Shown here piece by piece: positions 30,439-40,503 of a stretch of 64,000 bases of DNA. Position 1 is the first letter of the stretch; each line of letters opens with the position of its first letter. The position numbers and the translations under genes are program-made. Origin of the DNA: Pelagomonas calceolata (lineage: Eukaryota); NCBI GenBank assembly GCA_918797485.1, contig CAKKNE010000005.1, positions 2,790,001 through 2,854,000 on the forward strand, given 5' to 3'. Under the pieces are notes generated by a model. The model worked only from the letters and a program-made list of their open reading frames with translations. It had not been told where the DNA came from and made no database searches.

Positions 30439-31611
30439 CTAAGACTCGACCCGCACGAACGCCGTCTCCCCGCACTCCTCCCCGAGATACGAGTCCACCG
30501 CGACAGATACCACGTCCTTCGCGAACTCGTCCGCCAGCGCCTCGGCGATGGCCGGCGACGAGTTCACCTCGACGAGCCAGACCTTGAGCGCGCTGTCGAC
30601 CATGAAGTCGAAGCCAAAGACCTGGAAGCAGTTGTAGGGCGGCTCGAACTTGTCCACCTCCATGAACTCGCGCGCCGCGTCGAGCGTCTCCTTGATTATA
30701 CTACGCCACTGCGCCGCCAGCGCCTCGACCGACGAATTGTGATGCTGTTTGAGGTACACATCAAAATCCTTCAGCCAGACCTCGTTCGTCGCCGACTCGT
30801 GTTTCCCATAAGTCTCTGATCGGGTCTGGATGCAGTGGTTCGAGAGATGCACGAACGGATCATTTAACTTTGATGCGTCGAGCGTGAAGGGGACGCTGCA
30901 CGTCCGCAGCACCCCATTGTTCCAGACGTGGACGTCGTAATTCGCATCTAACAAAGCCCAGATGCGCACGTCGAATTTTCTGCTACCAGGTTGTAGCAAT
31001 AAAGGCGTCTTAATGTACTCCGAGGCCACCCAGGCGATGGAGCCGTCCTCGAGCGCGTCGAAGTGGGCCTCTATTTGCGAGAGAGTGTCCATCACTTTTA
31101 TGTTGGCGCCCTTGCCGCCGTCGCTCGGCTTGAGGATCCACACTGAAACGCCGTCGCCGCCTCGCTGAACGTGGGCGGCCCGTAATAAGGCTCTTTCTTC
31201 TTCAGCCTCCTCGCGGCCCGGCGCGACGATGTAGGAGGTCGGGAACCAATTTGGTGTGTTCTCGGGCCCGCCGTTTTTACGTAGCGTCCGCGCCAACAAG
31301 CCCTTGCGGCAGATCTGCTCGAAGGAGCGGTAGAAGCTCGTCAGAGGCGGGGTTCCCGCGGTGCGGTGCACCCTTAGAGCCTTCCAGGGGATGCCCGCCG
31401 CGCAGGGCCCGCCGAGGATCAAATCGGCAGATCCCGGCCGCTGCGTGGAACTCTTTAAGCGTCGCCAGCCGCGCGCCTTGAGGAGTTTGACGACCGCGCC
31501 GTAGACGCTGCCCAGCGTGACCGTGTTCTCCTTGGCCTCGACGGGCACGCAGCATATGTACTTGCGCGTGGGTCCTTGGACGTTCGCGGACATTGCGACG
31601 TTTTCTGACAT
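30439..31611 (-). CDS. TTL: Tubulin-tyrosine ligase (TTL family, ATP-grasp)
   Basis: WILKPSDGGKGANI, YIKTPLLL...RKFDVRIW, GVLRT, HLSNHCIQ, FQVFGFDFMVD, WLVEVNSSP. Likely ATG at 31611. Confidence 0.88.
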   Translation of the reverse strand: MSENVAMSANVQGPTRKYICCVPVEAKENTVTLGSVYGAVVKLLKARGWRRLKSSTQRPGSADLILGGPCAAGIPWKALRVHRTAGTPPLTSFYRSFEQICRKGLLARTLRKNGGPENTPNWFPTSYIVAPGREEAEEERALLRAAHVQRGGDGVSVWILKPSDGGKGANIKVMDTLSQIEAHFDALEDGSIAWVASEYIKTPLLLQPGSRKFDVRIWALLDANYDVHVWNNGVLRTCSVPFTLDASKLNDPFVHLSNHCIQTRSETYGKHESATNEVWLKDFDVYLKQHHNSSVEALAAQWRSIIKETLDAAREFMEVDKFEPPYNCFQVFGFDFMVDSALKVWLVEVNSSPAIAEALADEFAKDVVSVAVDSYLGEECGETAFVRVES

Positions 31612-31967
31612 AGTTCCGCGGGCAGCACGACGGCGTGCTCGGGGCTCCGGAGCCAAACCGTGATTTGGGGCTAGTGTCTTACGAGCCACTAGATAACTCC
31701 TGGCCAGTCGTTTTTGTTGGCCATCTGTGGCCCGTCGGGGGTGATACTCCACGGTTCTAGACGTATTTCCTTCCTGAAAAGCACCGTCGTTATAAATTCT
31801 AGCTCACAACGCTCCTCGTAATCTGCAAAGCAAAACCCTGTCCAGGCCAATCAATTTGATCAGGACGCACGCGTAGTTGCGGCAATACGTAGGGCTCCTG
31901 GACTACTGAAGTTAACTCCCAGCAAAGTGGTAAAACTGAGCTAATCTCAGAAGCACGAAAAATCGTC

Positions 31968-32537
31968 ATGGCCGCGTCGCCGCAACCGGACGCGACGGAA
32001 GCCTACTCGATGGAGAGCAAAAAAGCTCAAGGCGCGATGAACGACGCGCTCTCGAACGCGCTGACGACCGCGGCGCCGTGGTTGGCCATATCGTCGGCCG
32101 CGGTCTACGCCGCGAATTCGTACTGGCCCGCGTTCCGCAAGTCCTTCGGCGCCTCCGGCAAAACATCACTGGTGATAATGCCGCCGATCGTCGCCTACAA
32201 TTTAGCCGGCGAGGCGTCGGTGCTCCGGTCTCTGCGGGCGGACGCGGACGGCGAGGCCGTGGCGGCGCCGTCGAAGCGGACGGGCATGACGTGGCATCTG
32301 AGGGCCGCGAACCTCTTCTGCGAGCACACGCTTCTCTCGTTCGCGGTCGTGATTACACCTATGTACGGAGCCATCCTCGCGAACGAGCTCTCGAAGCCGC
32401 GCTACGAGGGCTGGCGCCTGAGCCACGCCCTCATCCACACGCGCGTCTTCGGCCAGGCGGCGGCCGTTGGGAGTTTGGTCCTCGTCTTCGGCTTCAAGGA
32501 CGCGCTGCGCAAGATGGGCGCGCCGTTCGAGATCTGA
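31968..32537 (+). CDS. HIG1-domain mitochondrial membrane protein (Rcf2-like)
   Basis: Four hydrophobic segments; SGKTSLVIMP and LSHALIHTRVFGQAAAV match HIG1/Rcf2 motifs. Confidence 0.75.
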   Translation: MAASPQPDATEAYSMESKKAQGAMNDALSNALTTAAPWLAISSAAVYAANSYWPAFRKSFGASGKTSLVIMPPIVAYNLAGEASVLRSLRADADGEAVAAPSKRTGMTWHLRAANLFCEHTLLSFAVVITPMYGAILANELSKPRYEGWRLSHALIHTRVFGQAAAVGSLVLVFGFKDALRKMGAPFEI

Positions 32538-32591
32538 GTACAAGTTTCCCGATAAGTATATATCTATACACGAGAGGGGAGGACGAGCGCC

Positions 32592-33923
32592 TCATTTGTA
32601 GTACGTGACGCCGCGCTTGGCCCGCACGACGGCCGAGAGCTTGCCCTTCTTGGCCGGCTTCCGCGACTTCTTGGGCGCGGCCCGCTTGCGCGGCACGGGC
32701 GGCGCCTCGCCGATGTCGCGCACCGTGAGCGCCACTGAGGCCGCCGCAGCGCCCTTCAACGTGATGAGGCCCGCGTCGACGCACGCGTCCTGGACCTCCT
32801 CGTCGAGCTTGTGCCAGACCCCGCGGTCGACGAAGATGGCGTAGCCGTAGACGGCCTCCTTGGAGAGGCCGATGGCGACGCGGCCGCCGGGGACGCTCAC
32901 CTTCATGCCTTCGAAAGCTCTCAGCTTGGTCTTGATCGGGTTGAGCGCTTTCGTCGCCTCGCGGATCTCTCGCACGCACGCGGCCGTCTGCGCGGCGATG
33001 TCTCCCTCCTCGTCGATCTCGATGTCGCGGTCGCGCTTCGCGTGATGGACAGTGACCGTGACCGCCGCGACGCGAGCGCTGGTGATCAAATCGCGGCGGA
33101 AGTCCAATAACGGCCGGTCGCCGCCCTCGATCGACGCCCCGGCCGACGCGAGCGCCGCTTGTAGCTCGTGGTAGTCCTTCGGGGCCGCGCGCAGCGCCTC
33201 GAGGCCCTCGAAGGACGGCTCCGGGTAGCCGCGGCGCGCCGGGCGCCGCGTCACCTCCACGATCGCGTCCTCCTCTTCGACTTCGTCCTCGGGCTCCTCC
33301 TCGTCTTCCGACTCGATCTCCTCCGCGGACGCCTCGTCGCACTCAACCTTGACGGGTTCCTCCTCCTCGGACTCGGACTCGCTCTCGGGCGTCACCGCGA
33401 CGACCGGCGGCGGCGGCGGTAGCGCTTTGCGGCGCGGCGCCGGCGGCATCGGGCGCGCAGCGGCCCGCGCCATGAAGGGCACCATGCCGGGCGCGACGCG
33501 GCCGCGCAGCGTCGGCTCCGGCATGAGCTCGTCCGCGTCTTCTTCCTCCTCGGAGGATTCCTCTTCGTCGGCCTCGGGCACCTCCTCGGGCTCGGGCTCC
33601 TCCTCCTCCTCGCTCTCTTCCGACTCCTCAGCCTCCGCCTCGGCGGCCAGTCTCTCCTCCTCGGCGCGGCGGCGCGCTTCTTCTTCGGCCGCCAAGCGCG
33701 CCGCCTCCTCCTCCTCGCGGCGCCGCGCCTCCTCGGCAATGCGCCGTTCTTCGGCGCGGCGCTCCTCCAGCGCCTCCTGCAGGCGCACCAACGTCTCGCG
33801 CAGCTCGCGCTTTTTGAAATTAGCATCGTCGATCGTGGCTTTGTGCTTGACAGCCTGCACAGCTAATTTGCGCAATTCGGCCGGCGCGGAGTCGTTTTGC
33901 TTGGCGTTTGCTTTCTTGGCCAT
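32592..33923 (-). CDS. Unknown protein, tandem paralog A (coiled-coil, acidic/Pro-rich linker, conserved C-terminal domain)
   Basis: Strong GC3 codon usage from ATG 33923 (MAKKANAKQ). The C-terminal ~200 aa are highly similar to paralog B, and both end LSAVVRAKRGVTYYK. Confidence 0.75.
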   Translation of the reverse strand: MAKKANAKQNDSAPAELRKLAVQAVKHKATIDDANFKKRELRETLVRLQEALEERRAEERRIAEEARRREEEEAARLAAEEEARRRAEEERLAAEAEAEESEESEEEEEPEPEEVPEADEEESSEEEEDADELMPEPTLRGRVAPGMVPFMARAAARPMPPAPRRKALPPPPPVVAVTPESESESEEEEPVKVECDEASAEEIESEDEEEPEDEVEEEDAIVEVTRRPARRGYPEPSFEGLEALRAAPKDYHELQAALASAGASIEGGDRPLLDFRRDLITSARVAAVTVTVHHAKRDRDIEIDEEGDIAAQTAACVREIREATKALNPIKTKLRAFEGMKVSVPGGRVAIGLSKEAVYGYAIFVDRGVWHKLDEEVQDACVDAGLITLKGAAAASVALTVRDIGEAPPVPRKRAAPKKSRKPAKKGKLSAVVRAKRGVTYYK

Positions 33924-34208
33924 AGCGCAGGTGGTGCTGCAGCCGTGCGTACTGTGATTATGTGTGGAATTGCGTTTGCAAGCTGTATGCAGCCTCGCAA
34001 TCACGGACCGGGACCAGTCTGGCAGCTGATCTCGCATGAAACTCCCGCAGCCCTGCTCGTAGTCCCAACAGAAGTCTCGACAGGCCACACAGCCCTGTCG
34101 TCGCATGGCTGTATTCTTCCAGGAACGCATGGGGCTTAGGGCGCTCGGCCCGCCGCGGACGCGCGAGCACCCTACTAGATGTATACACGAGGGGAAGGGA
34201 TGCGCGCC

Positions 34209-35927
34209 TCACTTGTAGTACGTGACGCCGCGCTTGGCCCGCACGACGGCCGAGAGCTTGCCGGGCGCCGGTGCAGCCCCCTTTTTCTTGCGCGGCACCG
34301 GTGGCGCCTCGCCGATGTCTCGCACCGTGAGCGCCACCGACGGCGCCGCCGCGCCCTTCAACACGATAATGCCCGCGTCGACGCACGCGTCCTGGGCCTC
34401 CTCGTCGAGCCGGTTCCAGACGCCGCGGTCCACGAAGAGGGCGTAGCCATAGACGGCCTCCTTGGAGAAGCCAATAGACACGCGGCCGCCCGGAACGCTC
34501 ACCCGCTGCCCTTCGAAGGCGCGGAGGCGCGCCTTGATCGGGTTGAGCGCTTGCGTCGCGGCTTTAATTTCGCGCACGGCGGCCGCCGTCTGTGCGGCGA
34601 TGTCTCCGTCTTTGTCGATCTCGATGTTGCGGTTGCGGTTCGCCGTGATGGTCACCGATGCGACGCGCGCGCTCGAGATGCGGTCGTGGCGGAAGACGAG
34701 CAGCGGCCGTTCCCCGCCTTCGATTGATGCCCCCGACGAAGCCAGCGCCGCGGCGAGCTCGTGGTACTCCGTCGGCCTCGCGCGCAGCGCCTCGAGGCCC
34801 TCGAACGCCGGTTCCGGGTAGCCGCGGCGCGCGGGCCGCAGGACCACTTCCACGGCCGCGTCGGGCTCCTCCGCGGGCTCCTCGTCGCACTCGGACGCCT
34901 CGGCCGCCTGGGGCTCCTCCTGCGATTCAGGCGTCACCACGGTGACGGGCGGCGGCGGCGGCGGTAGAGCGGGCGTCACCGGCGCGAAGACGGGCGGCGG
35001 CGGTAGCGCCATTCGGCGCGGCGCCGGCGGCAGCGGGCGCGTTTCCGTCCTCGCCATGAAGGGCGCCATGGGGGGCGAGACCACGCCACGTAATGTGGGG
35101 TCCGGCATGAGCTCGTCGGCGTCCTCCTCCTCGGGTTCGGGCGCCCGCACTTCCTCGGGCTCGCCCTTGCTCTCCTCCGACTCCACGGCCTTCGGTTTGG
35201 CCGACTTGCTCAGGGACTTGGCGGCAAAGCCAATCAAGCCGCCGAGCGCCGTCCCGCCGACCGCGCCTTGCAGCGCCGCGCAGCCGATCGTGGAGCAGGA
35301 AAACATGGAGCGCTGCGCCTGAGGTGCGGCGCGGCGACCGGCTTCTTCCAGAAGCCGCGTCGCGCGGACGCAGCGCACATCGCTATCGAGGGCCCCGACG
35401 CTTTGCGCCTGTAACAACACGCCCCCGAGACCGCGACCGAGAGCAGCGGCGCCGCGCGAGACGCAGTTGAGGCCTCGCCGCGCTGCCACCAGCGCGGCGC
35501 GGCCCGCGCGGCCCTGGGCCGCGGCCTTCCAGAGGTGCTGGAGAGGCCGCCGCGCCGCGTCGAGCGCGAGGTCGAGGAACGGGTGGTGCCGCGTCGACCG
35601 CACCAACACGGCGGTTGTGGCGCCCAGAAAGAGACCGCCGGCGGCGACGAGTGCAAGCTTCTGCCGCGCCGCTGCGGTGGCCAGTCTCGCCGCCTCCTCG
35701 GCGCGCAGGCGCGCGGCCTCCGCGGCGGCCGCGCGTCTTTCCTCCTCCTCGGCCTCGCGGCGTAGCCGTTCCTCCTCGGCGCGGCGGCGCTCGAGCGCCT
35801 CCTGCAGCGCGATCAGCAAGTCTCGCAGCAATTTTTTTTTCCTTTGCCCTTCATCGACACGCGCCTTCAGCGCGACGGCCTCCGTGGCTAACTTTCTCAG
35901 CTCGCCCGGCGCCGCGGAGTTGCTCAT
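34209..35927 (-). CDS. Unknown protein, tandem paralog B (extra hydrophobic insert)
   Basis: Shares the N-terminal ELRKLA...LQEALERRRAEE segment and the C-terminal domain with paralog A; many substitutions between the copies fall at third codon positions. Confidence 0.75.
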   Translation of the reverse strand: MSNSAAPGELRKLATEAVALKARVDEGQRKKKLLRDLLIALQEALERRRAEEERLRREAEEEERRAAAAEAARLRAEEAARLATAAARQKLALVAAGGLFLGATTAVLVRSTRHHPFLDLALDAARRPLQHLWKAAAQGRAGRAALVAARRGLNCVSRGAAALGRGLGGVLLQAQSVGALDSDVRCVRATRLLEEAGRRAAPQAQRSMFSCSTIGCAALQGAVGGTALGGLIGFAAKSLSKSAKPKAVESEESKGEPEEVRAPEPEEEDADELMPDPTLRGVVSPPMAPFMARTETRPLPPAPRRMALPPPPVFAPVTPALPPPPPPVTVVTPESQEEPQAAEASECDEEPAEEPDAAVEVVLRPARRGYPEPAFEGLEALRARPTEYHELAAALASSGASIEGGERPLLVFRHDRISSARVASVTITANRNRNIEIDKDGDIAAQTAAAVREIKAATQALNPIKARLRAFEGQRVSVPGGRVSIGFSKEAVYGYALFVDRGVWNRLDEEAQDACVDAGIIVLKGAAAPSVALTVRDIGEAPPVPRKKKGAAPAPGKLSAVVRAKRGVTYYK

Positions 35928-36193
35928 GAGGCTGCCAGGGTGTGTTTGAATGCAAACTGTGTGCTGCGCCGTTACGCGCGCGCGTTGCTGTGTAGGTAGC
36001 TACAGTCTCTGAGACGTGAAACGCAGCGTTACGGGGTTGTAGCGGTCAAATTCGAGCCGCGCTGCCCGTCTAAAATGCCGAGGACCATCCGCCAGATTGT
36101 CTCGTGAAACCCCCGATGTGCATGCCCAACAGACGTCTCGACACGAAAGCGAGCCCTGCCATATAAAGTTAAAGACGTTACGCGCGACGAAAA

Positions 36194-37573
36194 TCAGCCG
36201 ACCAGCCCGAGCGCCGCGTCCACCGCGACCGACGCGACGAGCCCCTCCGCCGGCCCGAGCGCCATCATCAAACCGAAGAAGACGAGCCACTTCGCCAATC
36301 CTTTTGTATCGGACGACGCCAGCGCCTTCACCCGCTTCACGTCAACTAAACCGGACACGGCGTAGATCAAGATCGAACCCAAGACCGCCTTCGGGACCCT
36401 CTCAAAACATCCCGTGAAGAACAGTAACGTCAAAACAACGGCCCCGGCCGTCACGATCGACGACAGCTGCGAGGAACCGCCCGTCACGACGTTGACCGCA
36501 CTTCGGGAGAACGACCCGGCCACGGTGTACGATTGGAAGGCTGATCCTGCCACGTTCGCGGCGCCCACGGCCAGAATTTCCTGCGACGTGTCGAGCTTTT
36601 GAGAAGCGCGTTCGGCCAGTGCCTTGCCCATGGCGAGCGTTTCTGTGAGCGCGACAAATGACAGTACCAAAGCGTCCTTGACGTTTGGTGGCGGCCTTGA
36701 TAGCGGAGAAACGATAGAAGGTAATCCCGACGGCACGACGCCGACCTCGGCTAGACCTCTTCCCGACAAGTCGAATTTTTGGTTCGCGACAATACCTAAC
36801 ACCATCGCGAGGAAGGGGCCCAGCGAGCCAAATATGGAAGATGGTACAGATTTTGGTAGATTGAGCATGGTATGTAAAGGTAGTCGTTTCAGCGCAACGA
36901 GAAATGCAAAGGTCAAGGCTGAGAACGCAGCTGTGAATGAGTGAAAATCCGGCGCGTTCTGCAGAGCGCCTACCAATATCTGTAGAGGGGTATGCCCGTG
37001 CGGCTTGGCGACTTTGAGCACGGACGGTATTTGTGTCCCCGCGATATTAAACGCGCAGCACGTGACGAAGGCACTCAAAATATCCTTCGGCACGCGTTCC
37101 ACAAGGCCGCCGAGGCCGCTCAATCCTAAGACGCAGGTGGAGATGCCGGACCAGAACATCAATGATGATGCTGCCATGAGTTTGGCGGCTTCTGACTCTT
37201 CCCCAGCGATCATCGGGGCTAGAGTTGTTGAGACTAGTGCTACCGGGCCGATCACGACAAATGATGACGCGGCCAAACAAGCGTAGACCAACATGGGCAC
37301 GTAGCAATAGAGTCCTACGATGGGATTCAAGCCTGCTATCGACGCGTAGCTCATGCCCTGCGGAATGAGCATGGCTGCTACCGTTAATCCAGCTAAAGCG
37401 TCATTCAATATATCTTCTTTACGAAGTGCGGGGAGCCAGGTCGTGATCGGCAGTTGCTTGACGGCGCCGCCTCGCTTCTTCAAAAGCTTCTCACTGGTTG
37501 GGGGCAGTGCTTGTTTGGGTGCAGTGATGGCAGCGCCCGGCGCCGCCAGCGCCAGAAGCAGCGCGAGGCGCAT
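36194..37573 (-). CDS. SulP/SLC26 anion (sulfate/bicarbonate) transporter with N-terminal signal peptide; no STAS domain
   Basis: DALAGLTVAAMLIPQGMSYASIAGL...GLY, GPVAL, QEILAVGAANVAGS, GSFSRSAVN, PKAVLGSI. ATG 37573 gives MRLALLLALAAPGAA. Confidence 0.9.
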   Translation of the reverse strand: MRLALLLALAAPGAAITAPKQALPPTSEKLLKKRGGAVKQLPITTWLPALRKEDILNDALAGLTVAAMLIPQGMSYASIAGLNPIVGLYCYVPMLVYACLAASSFVVIGPVALVSTTLAPMIAGEESEAAKLMAASSLMFWSGISTCVLGLSGLGGLVERVPKDILSAFVTCCAFNIAGTQIPSVLKVAKPHGHTPLQILVGALQNAPDFHSFTAAFSALTFAFLVALKRLPLHTMLNLPKSVPSSIFGSLGPFLAMVLGIVANQKFDLSGRGLAEVGVVPSGLPSIVSPLSRPPPNVKDALVLSFVALTETLAMGKALAERASQKLDTSQEILAVGAANVAGSAFQSYTVAGSFSRSAVNVVTGGSSQLSSIVTAGAVVLTLLFFTGCFERVPKAVLGSILIYAVSGLVDVKRVKALASSDTKGLAKWLVFFGLMMALGPAEGLVASVAVDAALGLVG

Positions 37574-37931
37574 GGTTGCGGCAGCCTCGTGGGGTCCGGG
37601 CAGCCGTCGCGATGGGTGACCGACGGCAGACTCCTTGCAAGCTTGCGGCGAGTTGACGGCGCTCTGAGGCAAGTTTTGGCGCGGACGGAGAAATCCGTCC
37701 GCGGGTGGTCGGAGGCCTGCCCTTGACAAGGTTCTTTGATTGAAAGCAGGAGCGGAAATTAGTTCAAAAAGCAAAAAGGGTGCCCAGCTTGTGCGCGCCG
37801 CGGGCGCTCGCGATCGCACCAGTGCTTATCGGGCTGCCGGCAGCCCGCATCGTCCGCAGCAAAGAAGCCGAGCGCCCGACGCTCGAGGGAGCTGCCTGCC
37901 CCAGCCAGAAAAAAAAACAAACACAGCCAAA

Positions 37932-38999
37932 ATGCCCAGCTTAAGCAGCTTCATGAAGAGCCCGCCGCGGGCCGAGCGCAAGAAGGCGAGCCCGCCTCCT
38001 TCCTCACCAGGAGGGCACGACATGTTCAGCCCCGGGCCGTCGTCCACCCGAAAGCGGCGGCCGAGCCAGGACGACGCGCTCCCGCCGGTCGATGAAAACG
38101 ATGACGCGGACCCGTTGCGGAGGGACGTGCGCGTGGGGCCTGGAAGGATTGGCGTCATTTTTGAGGACGTGGCGCGGGGCGTCGGGGCGAGGGTGGCCGT
38201 TGTTACAAGAGAGTCGCCTCTGCAAGGAATCGTCGACGCCGGCTGGATTATTACGAGTGTGAACGGCGTCGACGTCACGGGTGTTGGGGCTGCTGCGGCT
38301 GAGGCTGTGGTCGAGAAGCGGGGCGACCAAGCGCGGCGGTTGATCTTCGAGGCGCCGCGCGGGGTCGACGAGGTGCGGGAAATAGCTCTTGAGAAAAATG
38401 CTTTGCAAGATGTAGGAGCTGCGTTAGCACCCGATGTCAAACCGCCGACGCTGGAAACGGTGCCGCCCGGAACACTGTTGGGACGGGTGGCGCCCGGTTC
38501 TAGAATAGTATCGGTGGACGGCGTGGACTTGACGGGTCTGGACGCGCGGGAAGCTCGCATGGTCTTCGGCAAATTGACAGGAACGGCCTTCGCGCTGCGG
38601 TTCGTGACGCCGGCGGTCACGCCCGTGCTCTTGGACTCTGTCGACTTCTTCGACGAAAAAACGTTTGACTCCTCAAAAGCCGCCGCGAGCGCCTGGTGCG
38701 AGCATTCCGGCGTGGTGTTGGCCTCCGTCGAGACGGTCAATCGGGGGCGGCAGGGCGACCGTATCCGATTATGGTACAACAAGCTCGATCGTCGGAACCT
38801 GCGGCCCGCGGTCGCGCTCGCCGTGGAAGAGCACTCCCAGGGCATCCGCCCGTCCTCCGTTGCCTTTGGTGGGGACCTGCCGCGGCCGCCTCCCCCGACG
38901 CCGCCGCGCGACTCGCCGGGCGACTCGCCGGGCCGCCGCGCGGTGAAGAAGGTCGTGTCGATCTTCTCGTCGCCCACGAAGGTCGACGAGGAGGTCTAG
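37932..38999 (+). CDS. PDZ-domain protein (two PDZ-like domains)
   Basis: PGRIGVIFE...SPLQGIVDAGWIITSVNGVDV and LLGRVAPGSRIVSVDGVDL. Confidence 0.7.
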   Translation: MPSLSSFMKSPPRAERKKASPPPSSPGGHDMFSPGPSSTRKRRPSQDDALPPVDENDDADPLRRDVRVGPGRIGVIFEDVARGVGARVAVVTRESPLQGIVDAGWIITSVNGVDVTGVGAAAAEAVVEKRGDQARRLIFEAPRGVDEVREIALEKNALQDVGAALAPDVKPPTLETVPPGTLLGRVAPGSRIVSVDGVDLTGLDAREARMVFGKLTGTAFALRFVTPAVTPVLLDSVDFFDEKTFDSSKAAASAWCEHSGVVLASVETVNRGRQGDRIRLWYNKLDRRNLRPAVALAVEEHSQGIRPSSVAFGGDLPRPPPPTPPRDSPGDSPGRRAVKKVVSIFSSPTKVDEEV

Positions 39000-39090
39000 G
39001 TCGTTTTTAACTTCTTCGTTTTAGTCACACAGCCAGTAATGGTGGGGGTTGTCTCAGTAGCTTCGCGGTACCGGACAGGAGGAATGGGGA

Positions 39091-40146
39091 TCAGACGCGT
39101 GGCACGACCTCGTAGAAGATCGTCTGGAACATGCACGCCGAGCCGAGCAGTACGAACGCGTGCCAGGCCGCGTTGTGGAACTCCTTCCATGAGGCCGCCC
39201 AGGGGATCAACCCGCAGGCGTAGCAGAGGCCGCCGGCGACGACGCGCCGCAGCGCCCAGGGCGACAGCGCGACGTCCGACGCCACGCAACCCAATACGAC
39301 GACGCAGCCCTGCAGCAGGAAGACCGGGATGTGGAGCTCGAGGACGTCCCAGGACCAGCGGAGCGCCTTGATCAGCACCGATGAGAGTGCTAAAATCCAC
39401 ACGGCTAACAATGCATAAGAAGAGTCGGCGTGGACTAATAACGCCGTCGCCGTGCCCGTGATGAGGGAGTGGATGCCCAGGTGGTCCGCGAGCTGCAGCG
39501 CCCAGAGGTGCCGCCGCGACCACGCCGCGCCGTTGAAGACGAACGAACCTGTGTGGAAATCAACCAGTGAGTTAGGTTATACGGGGACGACGTCGCGTCG
39601 ATGGCGTGGGGCACCTGGAGTTTGATTTCCACACAGGAACGAGCAGCCCAGCATCGTCAACAGCGAGCACACGTAGAGCAGCAAGCTGACCGTCGTCTCG
39701 ACCGGCGGCTCGTGGACGCAGCAGGCATGTAATAAAGCGCCGGCGCCGGCCGAGAACGCGACAATGCCCACCAGGTGAACCACAGCGTCGGCGCAGAGCT
39801 CCCGCCGGGAGTAGCCGAGGCGCTCGGCGCGGTACGGCCCAAAGCAGTTATCGGGGTACCAGCGCACGCGCTGCGTCCAGAAGTTCTCGGACCGCGTTAA
39901 CTCGACCACGAAGGCGTCCGGCGACTCGCTTACGTCCTCCTCCGACTCCGTAACACTATACGTCACCTGGCGCCGCGGCGCGCACCGCGGGCTCGCCGGC
40001 GGCGAGTTGTACGCGCTCTGCAGGAAGCCCGCGGGGCTGTCGTCGTCCGAGCTCGACGCGTAGACCTTGTGGGACGTTTTTATGATGCCGTCGCTGGCCG
40101 AGGCGACGTACGACGCGCCGCGGTGGCGGTGGCGCGGCGTCGTCAT
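39091..40146 (-). CDS. Hemolysin-III/PAQR family membrane protein; exons 40146-39645 and 39548-39091
   Basis: ELCADAVVHLVG, LTMLGCSFVFN, LQLADHLGIHSLITGT, GGLCYACG, FHNAAWHAFVLLGSAC. Continuity requires removing the 96-nt GC-AG intron 39549-39644. Confidence 0.85.
39541..39644 (-). mobile_element. Introner element: 88-bp non-autonomous TIR element (39549-39636) with 8-bp target-site duplication
   Basis: Perfect 15-bp TIR CTGTGTGGAAATCAA (39549-39563) / TTGATTTCCACACAG (39622-39636), flanked by GAACGAAC (39541-39548) and GAACGAGC (39637-39644). Confidence 0.88.
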
Positions 40147-40503
40147 GGCGTTTCGTTGCCACAGGGCTTGCACTCGATGTTGTGACGTCTCTCGTCGGCG
40201 CGTTACTACGGTCGTGCTGCCGCCGGCGCGCGACACTGGCTTGTTGCAGCTACTTATGCTCTGAGGATGCAGTGTCGCGGCGAGCGGTGCGAGCTCGGTT
40301 TCGTTGCACGACTGGCCTTCACGTGCAGTGCAACGCGGATTCCGAGCGCTGCCTGGGTCTGCCCGCCGAGCCGCGCGCTCAAAAAGCAGATCCCACGATG
40401 ACAAGATGCTGCGCTCGGTGCACCTCATCTCATAGGCGGCTTTCGCAGAGGTCGAACGCCTCCCCCCACGCCGTCGCCGCGAGAACAAGACAAACAAGCC
40501 AAG

